From an uncultured Cytophagia bacterium (lineage in GTDB: Bacteria > Zhuqueibacterota > Zhuqueibacteria > Zhuqueibacterales > Zhuqueibacteraceae), in the NCBI GenBank assembly GCA_964477305.1, contig CAYZFF010000001.1, positions 7,442 through 71,441 on the forward strand: a stretch of 64,000 bases of DNA, read 5' to 3'. The notes beneath the pieces are model-generated. The model saw only the letters and a list, made by a program, of their open reading frames with translations. It was not told the origin of the DNA and did not search any database. Shown in pieces: positions 8,108 through 15,892 of this stretch. The stretch's first letter is position 1. Every line of letters begins with the position of its first letter. A program made the position numbers and the translations under genes.

Positions 8108-8677
8108 ATGGCCCATCGTTGTGTTTTTCTCGATCGTGACGGCACGATCAATGAAGAAGTCAATTACCTCAGTCATCCGGATCAACTGCGTTTAATCGCC
8201 GGCGCGGCCGAGGCGATTAAGTTGCTGAACCAAAACGGCTACAAAGTTGTCGTGGTTACGAATCAGGCCGGCGTCGCGCGCGGTTATTTTACCGAACAAA
8301 CGTTGCGTGAAGTGCATGAGGTTTTAGAAAAAATGCTGGAGGCGCACGGCGCCGCCGTGGATGCGATTTATTATTGCCCGCATCATCCGGCGGCGGGCAT
8401 CGGCGTTTATCGGCAAGATTGCAACTGCCGCAAGCCCAAGCCCGGCATGCTGGAAAAGGCGGCGCGTGAGTTGGATCTCGATCTCAGTGTTTCTTTTGTC
8501 GTCGGTGATAAAATCTCCGACCTCGAAGCCGGGCACGCCGTCGGCTGCCGGAATATTTTGGTGCACACGGGCTACGGCCAGGAATCTAAAAACGAATTTT
8601 CCGGTTCCGCATGGCAGCCGGAGTATATTGCTGATGATTTGTTGGAAGCGGCGCGCTGGATTTTGCAACAGTGCTGA
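8108..8677 (+). CDS. gmhB: D-glycero-D-manno-heptose-1,7-bisphosphate phosphatase (HAD superfamily)
   Basis: Motifs: FLDRDGTIN, VVVTNQAGVARGYF, Zn-site-like YYCPHHP...CNCRKPKPGML, VGDKISDLEAG. Confidence 0.85.
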   Translation: MAHRCVFLDRDGTINEEVNYLSHPDQLRLIAGAAEAIKLLNQNGYKVVVVTNQAGVARGYFTEQTLREVHEVLEKMLEAHGAAVDAIYYCPHHPAAGIGVYRQDCNCRKPKPGMLEKAARELDLDLSVSFVVGDKISDLEAGHAVGCRNILVHTGYGQESKNEFSGSAWQPEYIADDLLEAARWILQQC

Positions 8678-8815
8678 TCGTGTTTTGGTAAATAGAACAA
8701 TGTCATCGTGAGTCAACGGCCACAGGCTGCGCCTGCAGAGCTGCGAAGCACTCGCTGTGACGATTGCAAGTTGATTTTCATCGAATAGATCTCATCCACT
8801 TGGTCAGGGTGGCCG

Positions 8816-9829
8816 ATGCGGCGAGCCGATTTAAAATTCGCCATTCCCGCGACGGTGCTCATTCTCGCGGGGCTGGCAATTGCAAAAGAAATTTATAAAG
8901 TCCCTAAACCTCTGGTAGTTTTTATCGGCGTGATGTTTGGCGTTTGCTCGCTGGTTTTTGCCATATGGCGGCGCCAGAGCAACGGGTCGGCTTTGGTGCA
9001 AATGGCGACCTGGCTGCTGAGTTGGGGAATTTTAACCACGGCTATTCTGGACGCCGTTTATTATTTCGATAAAGGCGGTTGGATGTGGTTTAAGTTATCC
9101 GGTTACAATGTCACTGTAGCCGAAGATTTGCAAATGCAAGTGAATGTGGCGCCGGCGACTTTGGTGGCGCGCTATCCGTTTTTTAAGCGCGACGCGGCCG
9201 ACTCCATGCTCTTGTCGATTGGTCGTGGCCAACACGATATTGATGAGACGATTATCGTGCCGCCCGGACTGCGAGTGATGATTGCGCCGGGCGCCGTGCT
9301 GCGTTTGGGAGTGGGCGCTTCATTGATTTCTTATAGCTCGATCATTGCCCGCGGCACGCCGGAAGCGCCGATTATTTTTACAGCGCAAAACCGCTGGCGG
9401 AAGTGGGGCGTCGTCGGCGTGGTGCGCGCCGGGCGCGCGATTTTTGAACACGTTCGTTTTGAGCATGGCCGGCAGGCGTTTGTCAATAATATTGATTTTC
9501 CCGGGGCGTTGTCTTTCGTCGACACCGACGCGGAAGTGACGCAATGTTATTTTAAAAATCTGTTCGGCAAAGATGGCGCGCAAGTTCACAAAGGCCAGGC
9601 TTTTTTTCGCAACAACACCTTTCAAGATTGTTTTAAAGACGGCCTCGATTTTGACAGCAGTGTAGGCGAGATTAGCCGCAATCGCTTCGAGTATTGCGGC
9701 GATGAAGGCATCGATCTCGACGCCGACAGTCGCGTGCAGGTTTTTGATAACGTCATTATCGGCTCAAAAGATGCGCCCAAGCGCGATCAAGCTAAATTAA
9801 GCGAGACTACGGCGAATATTGTTAATTGA
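8816..9829 (+). CDS. membrane-anchored right-handed beta-helix (pectate-lyase-fold-like) protein; paralogue of the C-terminal domain of the CotH protein at 56213
   Basis: It has three or more N-terminal TM helices. The segment IDETIIVPPGLRVMIAPGAVLRL...FEHVRFEHG...FKDGLDFDSSVGEISRNRFEYCGDEGIDLD aligns by eye with IDQNLIIPRGYRVLGGEGTRLNL...FEHVKIDNL...SDAFDSDFSNGKFTNSSFINCGNDGLDVS in ORF 56213..58894. Confidence 0.55.
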   Translation: MRRADLKFAIPATVLILAGLAIAKEIYKVPKPLVVFIGVMFGVCSLVFAIWRRQSNGSALVQMATWLLSWGILTTAILDAVYYFDKGGWMWFKLSGYNVTVAEDLQMQVNVAPATLVARYPFFKRDAADSMLLSIGRGQHDIDETIIVPPGLRVMIAPGAVLRLGVGASLISYSSIIARGTPEAPIIFTAQNRWRKWGVVGVVRAGRAIFEHVRFEHGRQAFVNNIDFPGALSFVDTDAEVTQCYFKNLFGKDGAQVHKGQAFFRNNTFQDCFKDGLDFDSSVGEISRNRFEYCGDEGIDLDADSRVQVFDNVIIGSKDAPKRDQAKLSETTANIVN

Positions 9830-9841
9830 GGATTGATTGTT

Positions 9842-11266
9842 ATGTTACGTATGCTTTTCATCAGGATGGCGGCGGTGTTGGCGGTAGCGAGCGGATTAGC
9901 GGCGCAGACCTCCAATATAATCACCGTCAAGCCACGAATTATCACCTCCTCAGTGGTCGCCGACGCTGACGATGCCGCGATCTGGATGCATCCCACGGAC
10001 CCGGCGAAGAGCTTGATTCTCGGCACCGATAAAGGTTCGTCTCCAGACGGTGGACTGTACACCTGGAATTTAGACGGTACACAAAAACAGCGACTGAGCC
10101 TGGACCGGCCGAACAATGTTGATGTACGGTATGGCTTTAAGTTGGGAAATAAAACGGTTGACCTCGCGGCGGTGACGCTGCGCGATAGTCAGAAAGTGCG
10201 TATTTTTGAAATTGACCCAGCAACGCGCAAGTTAAACGATGTGACTTCGCTCGATGACACCAACATCCTCAATAAAATGTTCAAGTCGCCGTATGGCCTG
10301 ACGATGTACCGCCGGCCGAGCGATGGTTTGATGTTTATTATTGTGAGCAGCCGAAATAGCGATGCCAAAGGCCGGCTTTGGCAAATTCGCCTGGAAGATG
10401 ATGGCACCGGCCATGTTAAAGGCGTGTTTGTCAGAGAATTTGGCAATTTTATGAATATCGTCGAAGGCATGGTCGCCGACGATGAGCTGGGTTATCTTTA
10501 TGCTTCTGAAGAAAAAGTTGGCATTCACAAATACTATGCGAATGCGCTTATGGGAAACGCCCATCTCGGTTTTTTTGCACAGGAAGATAGCCTCTCCGGC
10601 GGCAACAATGAAGGTTTGGCGTTGTATCGTTGCGCCAATGGCACGGGATATATTCTGGTTTCTCATCCTGAAACGAACAGCATTAAAGTTTACCGCCGCG
10701 AAGGCGAGAAAGGCGCGCCGCATCAACATTTATTGCTCACGCGCATTCAAGACGATAGTTTGCGCGCCGGCGACGGCCTGGAGATGAACAGCCGGGTTTT
10801 TGCGCAAAATTTTCCGCATGGCATGTTGGTCTGGCATAATCAACCGGCACGCAATTTCCGGCTGTATGGCTGGGAAGATATCGCGAAAAAATACCTCACC
10901 GTCTGCCCGGAAAGCGGCGGCACCAATGCGGTGCGCGCCGGAACGGGAGGCGTGTTGGATAGCGACGGCTTTGTCATTTTACAACAGAATACGCCGAATC
11001 CGTTTTCATTGCGCGAGGCGCAGAGCGGCGCAAACACGATGATTCATTTTTCCTTGAAAAAAGCCACGCCGGTGCAGCTCACGGTTTACAACCTGCTTGG
11101 CGAAGAAGTGCGACGCTTGCTGAATTCAACTTTCGCGCCGGGCACTTATAATGCGCGCTGGGATGCCAAAGACGGCAAAGGCGCGCCGGTAAGCGCAGGC
11201 ATTTATTTTTATCAATTGCGTGCGGATAAATTTGTCGCGACGCGACGCATGGTGATTTCGCGGTAG
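9842..11266 (+). CDS. beta-propeller phytase (3-phytase, BPP family) with T9SS-type C-terminal sorting domain
   Basis: Collinear with Bacillus PhyC landmarks: ADADDAAIWMHP, NNVDVRYGF, EGMVADDELGYLYASEEKVGIHKY, NFRLYGWEDIA. The tail NTPNPF...LTVYNLLGEEV...AGIYFYQL is CTD-like. ATG 9842 follows GAGG; the track ORF starts at TTG 9833. Confidence 0.85.
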   Translation: MLRMLFIRMAAVLAVASGLAAQTSNIITVKPRIITSSVVADADDAAIWMHPTDPAKSLILGTDKGSSPDGGLYTWNLDGTQKQRLSLDRPNNVDVRYGFKLGNKTVDLAAVTLRDSQKVRIFEIDPATRKLNDVTSLDDTNILNKMFKSPYGLTMYRRPSDGLMFIIVSSRNSDAKGRLWQIRLEDDGTGHVKGVFVREFGNFMNIVEGMVADDELGYLYASEEKVGIHKYYANALMGNAHLGFFAQEDSLSGGNNEGLALYRCANGTGYILVSHPETNSIKVYRREGEKGAPHQHLLLTRIQDDSLRAGDGLEMNSRVFAQNFPHGMLVWHNQPARNFRLYGWEDIAKKYLTVCPESGGTNAVRAGTGGVLDSDGFVILQQNTPNPFSLREAQSGANTMIHFSLKKATPVQLTVYNLLGEEVRRLLNSTFAPGTYNARWDAKDGKGAPVSAGIYFYQLRADKFVATRRMVISR

Positions 11267-11348
11267 CGGTGTGAGCGGCAGGATTGCACGAAGGCAAATC
11301 TCGACCATTGCTTCACTTAATCCACGCCCACAAGTTGCAAATAGCAAA

Positions 11349-11461
11349 GTAGTACACTGTTACCTTAATTTGTCATGGTGAGCGGAGTCGAACCATGACC
11401 GCACCCTTCGACTTCGTTCAGGGTGACACGCTAATAAGATATGGTAACAGTGTAGTAGTAC
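11349..11461. repeat. MITE-like / REP-like structured intergenic element with terminal inverted repeats and two internal hairpins
   Basis: 12-bp terminal inverted repeats TACACTGTTACC (11353..11364) / GGTAACAGTGTA (11443..11454). Flanking direct GTAG(TAC) at 11349 and 11455. Internal hairpins GTCATGGT (11372..11379) / ACCATGAC (11392..11399) and CACCCT (11402..11407) / AGGGTG (11420..11425). Confidence 0.45.
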
Positions 11462-11650
11462 GATTTTAGACCCGAAATTTTACCGGACGCAAGCCGGTTT
11501 TTATACAATAATTATTCTGTAGCCGCCAGTACTCCGGTTGAATGGCTGGCAACGAACACTCTCCGCTTTCTCGACCACCTCTTTATCACCTCCTCAAATT
11601 ACAATTTACGTTTTTATTCACGGCTTGAGAATTAACTCGGGAGTTATTGC

Positions 11651-14600
11651 ATGGATACGATGATGAACAGTTTCGTCCGGCACAAATTTCAGCAGCTTAT
11701 GCTTGCTTTATCTAACGGCAGGCTCAGCGCTGGAATTTGGGCGTTGGCCATTTTGTTGAGTTGTACGCCGGTTTTCGCACAGACTCCGATTGACGCCGGT
11801 TACCGCGATTTCTCTTATGGTTCCACGGTTTTTGAAGCGCCTACGGCGGACAAGCCGCAGAGCAAGCTGTGGTGGAATGACGGCTCATGGTGGGGCGTGC
11901 TGTGGAATCCCTCAGCGAATAAATATCGCATTCATCGTTTTGATCTGGCGACTCAAAGTTGGGCCAACGTCGGACCGGACGTTGACGACCGTTCACAATC
12001 GCTTTGCGATGCTTTGTGGGACGGGCAAAAATTATATATCGTTTCGCATGTTTATAGCGGCGGCTCGCAAACCAGCGGCGGCGCGTCCGCCTCCAGTTCG
12101 GGACGGTTTTACCGTTACACTTACGAAGCGGCAACAAAAACGTATAGTCTCGAAAGCGGTTTTCCGGTAATCGTGAACAACGCCATCTCTGAAACATTGG
12201 TGCTTGATAAAGATTCGACCGGGAAATTATGGGTGACGTGGACACAATCGAGCAAAGTGTATTTGAATTATTCGGCTAATGACGGCGCCACGTGGGCAAC
12301 GCCCTTTGCCTTGCCGACGCAGGGGGCGAATACGAGCAGCGATGACATTTCAACCTTGATTGCGTTCAATGGCAAATTAGGCGTGGTCTGGAGCAACCAA
12401 AGTGACTCCAAGATTTATTTTTCGGCGCATAAGGACAACGATGCCGCGACGGTTTGGGGCGCGCAAGAAGTGGCGTTGTCCGATCCAAGTCTGGGCGCGG
12501 TGGCGGACGATCATCTCAATATCAAAATGACCAACGATGGCGGCGGTAATTTGTATCTTGCGACGAAGACAAGTTTGAGCGGTACAACCGCCCCCGGAAT
12601 CTATCTGCTCAGGCGTGGTTTTGGCGGCGGCTGGACAAAGTACGTCGTCGCGACGAAGGCCGACGATTACACGCGACCCATCGTGGTGATCGACGACGAA
12701 AATCGCGAGTTGTATGTTTTTGCCAAGAGCAGCAGTTATATTACGAAGAAAAAAGTCAGTTTGGATAATATTAGTTTTCCCTCCGGCAAGGGCGACGCTT
12801 TCATTGAAAGCTCGGACAATTCGGATATCAATGATGCGACCACGTCGAAACATAATGTTAATAGCTTGACTGGAATTCTCATCCTCGCCAGTGATGAAGT
12901 GAACCGCTATTATTATCATAATTATTTGACGTTGGCCGGCAACGGCGGCGCGGCTCCGACGATCAGTTCATTCACACCGACAATCGGGCCGGTGGGCACG
13001 GAAGTGACGATTTACGGCAACAATTTCACCGACGCGACGGCAGTGGCGTTTACTGGCGTGGCGGCAAGTTTCACGGTGAATTCGAATACGCAAATTACCG
13101 CGACGGTTCCGTCCGGGGCGACCACGGGGAAGATTAGCGTGACGAAAGCGACCGGTACCGGCAAGAGTATAAATGTTTTTAATGTCGGATTGCCAACGAC
13201 ACAATATGCCTTATCCGTTATCAACGTGGGTTCTGGAAACGTAACGTTGAATCCAACAGGCGGTACATATGATTCCGGTACGATGGTGACGTTGACGGCG
13301 ACGCCGAACGCGGGTTATCAATTCAACGGCTGGAGCGGCGATTTGAGTGGTTCGACGAATCCCGCCACGATCATGATGGACGGCAATAAAAGTGTAACTG
13401 CGACGTTTGGGATCATCATTCCGAGCGGGCAAGTTGTACATCAGCAAACGGTAACCGGCAGTTCGAGCAGTTCCACGACAGTAGCGACCTCGGCGAGCCT
13501 CGCCGCAATGAACGGTGAACTTTATCTGGCGGCGATTTCGATGGATGCCAAAGTTGCGGTGTCGGCGGTTTCCGGCCTCGGCTTAAACTGGTTGCCGGTA
13601 AAAGTGCAATGTTCCGGTAAAAATAAAACCGCCATTGAGGTTTGGATGGCGCAGGGCGCGCCGAGCAGTAGCGGCACGGTGACCGCGACGTTTGTGTCGA
13701 AGCCGAGCAATGCAGTCATTGCGGTGTCACGTTATGCAAACGTCGATGCGACGGCGCCGCTCGGTAATATGGTTGCGGGAAATACCGCCGGCGTTAATGG
13801 CACGTGTGCTAATGGAGTTGAAGGCAAAACTTATTCATTCAACTTGAATACGACCTTAAATGGTTCGGTGGTTTATGGCGCCGCGGCGATGCGCGATCGC
13901 TCGCACACGCCGGGGTCGGGCTATACCGAACGTGCAGATATCAAAAAGAGCAAAGCCGCGGCGGCCGTGGAAGATAAAGTCATGACAACCGCAGGAACGA
14001 CGACACTCAACGGCACCTTCAGTGGCAGCGTCGATTGGGCCGTCATCGGGCTGGAGATTCGTCCACAATCAAGCAGCGGCGTGCAATTCACCTTGACGAC
14101 GAATGCTAGCGGTTCCGGCAGCGTCACGCCGACGGGCGGCTCATTTAGCGCCGGCGCCATGGTGATGGTGACGGCGACGCCGAGCACGGGTTATCAGTTC
14201 AGCGGCTGGAGCGGCGATTTGAGCGGCACGACGAATCCCGCCACGCTCAGCATGAACACAAATAAATTTGTCACGGCGACGTTTACACCAATACCGGTAA
14301 CGCAATATACGTTAACCACTAACATAAACGGTTTGGGAAATGTAACATTGAATCCGCCGGGCGGTGTTTATAACTCCGGCACGCCGGTGACGTTAACTGC
14401 GACGCCCAACAGCGGTTATCAGTTCAGCGGCTGGAGCGGTGATTTGAGCGGCTCGACGAATCCGGCCGTTATTACGATGGGGGCGAATAAGAATGTAACT
14501 GCGACGTTTACGCCCATTGCGCCGGCACAATTCACCTTGACGATGAACACCACTGGTTCCGGCAGTATTGCGCCGGTTCCGGCAGGAGGAACTTATAATT

Positions 14601-15751
14601 CCGGCACGGTCGTGACGCTGACGGCGACGCCGAATTCCGGTTTTCAGTTTACGGGTTGGAGCGGCGATTTGAGCGGCTCCAGCAACCCGGCGACGCTGGC
14701 GATGACTGCCAATAAAAATATCACAGCTAATTTTTCAAGCATCGGCGGCAGCGGGCAAGTGGTGCATGAAGAAACTGCAATTGGTGGTTCGAGCGCCTCG
14801 ACGACGGTTTCAACTGCGGCGAACCTCACCGGAGCGGCTGGACATCTTTATTTGGCGGCGATTTCGGCGAGATCGAACGTGTCCGCGACCAGCGTTTCCG
14901 GTCTCGGGTTGACGTGGACGCGTGTGCTAACCCAATGTTCCGGCCGCAACATCACCGGCGTGGACGTGTGGATGGCGCAGGGCACACCGACTGGCAATGG
15001 CGCTGTGACGGCGACGCTAGCCAAAGCCCCGGATGCCGCGGTGATTATGGTGTCGCGCTACTCCGGCGCGGATGGAATAGATCCTATTGGCACGCTGGTT
15101 TCCGGCAACACGGCCGGTGGCATCGGTGCGTGCTCCGGCGGCGTCGATAATGCGGCGTACGCCTTCAATTTCACGACGTCCGTAAACGGCGGGATGATTT
15201 ACGGCGCGATCGCGGTGCGGAATAAAACCAATACACCAGGCGCGGGTTACACGGAGCGCGGCGAGTTGATGCAGGCCGGCGCTTCGAGCGCGGCGCTGGC
15301 AGTGCAAGATAAAAGCTTTGCCACCGCCGGTGCCGTGATGTTCAACGGTACGACAAGCGGCGCCGTGGATTGGGCGGTCATCGCGCTGGAGATTAAACCG
15401 CAGCTTTCGATGAGCAAACTTCAGGCTAATGTCGCCACAGTTAATTTGCTGCCGACGGAGTTTGCGCTTGAAACGAATTATCCGAATCCATTTAACCCGA
15501 ACACAGTCATTAGTTTCATATTGCCGCAGACCGCTAATGTGAGATTGAACATCTATGACGTGACGGGCCAATTGATTCGCGTTTTGACCGCTGGGGAAAT
15601 GGCTCCTGGGCGCTATACAGAAAACTGGAATGGCCGCGATAGTTTTAATCGCGCCGTTGCCGCCGGCGCCTATTTGTATCAAATTGTTGTCGAAACTGAA
15701 GACAGCCAGGTCCTCTTTACAGAAACGCGGCGTATGACGTTGTTGAAATAA
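11651..15751 (+). CDS. giant secreted mosaic protein A: WWNDGxWWG N-domain + IPT/TIG + 4 InlB-B-repeat-like units + 2 copies of unassigned 216-aa module + T9SS-type CTD
   Basis: Signal-like N-terminus (AILLSCTPVFAQ). The N-domain runs from GYRDF..SKLWWNDGSWWGVLW to RYYYHNY. One IPT unit (PTISSFTPTIGPVGTEVTIYGNNFT). B-repeats of the form GSGNVTLNP.GG.Y..GT.VTLTATP..GYQF.GWSGDLSG. Modules at 13427 and 14753. CTD NYPNPFNPNTVISF. Confidence 0.8.
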   Translation: MDTMMNSFVRHKFQQLMLALSNGRLSAGIWALAILLSCTPVFAQTPIDAGYRDFSYGSTVFEAPTADKPQSKLWWNDGSWWGVLWNPSANKYRIHRFDLATQSWANVGPDVDDRSQSLCDALWDGQKLYIVSHVYSGGSQTSGGASASSSGRFYRYTYEAATKTYSLESGFPVIVNNAISETLVLDKDSTGKLWVTWTQSSKVYLNYSANDGATWATPFALPTQGANTSSDDISTLIAFNGKLGVVWSNQSDSKIYFSAHKDNDAATVWGAQEVALSDPSLGAVADDHLNIKMTNDGGGNLYLATKTSLSGTTAPGIYLLRRGFGGGWTKYVVATKADDYTRPIVVIDDENRELYVFAKSSSYITKKKVSLDNISFPSGKGDAFIESSDNSDINDATTSKHNVNSLTGILILASDEVNRYYYHNYLTLAGNGGAAPTISSFTPTIGPVGTEVTIYGNNFTDATAVAFTGVAASFTVNSNTQITATVPSGATTGKISVTKATGTGKSINVFNVGLPTTQYALSVINVGSGNVTLNPTGGTYDSGTMVTLTATPNAGYQFNGWSGDLSGSTNPATIMMDGNKSVTATFGIIIPSGQVVHQQTVTGSSSSSTTVATSASLAAMNGELYLAAISMDAKVAVSAVSGLGLNWLPVKVQCSGKNKTAIEVWMAQGAPSSSGTVTATFVSKPSNAVIAVSRYANVDATAPLGNMVAGNTAGVNGTCANGVEGKTYSFNLNTTLNGSVVYGAAAMRDRSHTPGSGYTERADIKKSKAAAAVEDKVMTTAGTTTLNGTFSGSVDWAVIGLEIRPQSSSGVQFTLTTNASGSGSVTPTGGSFSAGAMVMVTATPSTGYQFSGWSGDLSGTTNPATLSMNTNKFVTATFTPIPVTQYTLTTNINGLGNVTLNPPGGVYNSGTPVTLTATPNSGYQFSGWSGDLSGSTNPAVITMGANKNVTATFTPIAPAQFTLTMNTTGSGSIAPVPAGGTYNSGTVVTLTATPNSGFQFTGWSGDLSGSSNPATLAMTANKNITANFSSIGGSGQVVHEETAIGGSSASTTVSTAANLTGAAGHLYLAAISARSNVSATSVSGLGLTWTRVLTQCSGRNITGVDVWMAQGTPTGNGAVTATLAKAPDAAVIMVSRYSGADGIDPIGTLVSGNTAGGIGACSGGVDNAAYAFNFTTSVNGGMIYGAIAVRNKTNTPGAGYTERGELMQAGASSAALAVQDKSFATAGAVMFNGTTSGAVDWAVIALEIKPQLSMSKLQANVATVNLLPTEFALETNYPNPFNPNTVISFILPQTANVRLNIYDVTGQLIRVLTAGEMAPGRYTENWNGRDSFNRAVAAGAYLYQIVVETEDSQVLFTETRRMTLLK
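13427..14068 (+). repeat. unassigned ~216-aa two-Cys module, copy A1
   Basis: In-frame segment GQVVHQQT...LYLAAIS...GLGLNW...QCSGKN...VWMAQG...VSRYAN...GTCANGVE...HTPGSGYTER...VDWAVIGLEIRPQ. Confidence 0.85.
14753..15403 (+). repeat. unassigned ~216-aa two-Cys module, copy A2
   Basis: GQVVHEETAIGGSS...LYLAAIS...QCSGRN...VSRYSG...GACSGGVDN...NTPGAGYTER...VDWAVIALEIKPQ. Confidence 0.85.
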
Positions 15752-15892
15752 GAATAAAACGTAATGCGTCTCGCGTTTACGCAAACGCCGTGAGTGACGT
15801 TATTGAAATAAGTCACATAGGCAAACCCCGGCGGCAGTTGGTGCCGTTGAGGCAAAAGAGTTGTTGGCGATAAAAGTTGTCATTGGAAGACT

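Noticed and set aside
11381-11399. tRNA-like T-arm sequence (reverse complement GGTTCGACTCC) inside the intergenic element at 11349..11461.
   Set aside because: The flanking bases do not form a 5-bp T-stem. No acceptor, D or anticodon arms can be drawn. It fits better as part of the hairpin GTCATGGT...ACCATGAC of a REP/MITE-like element.
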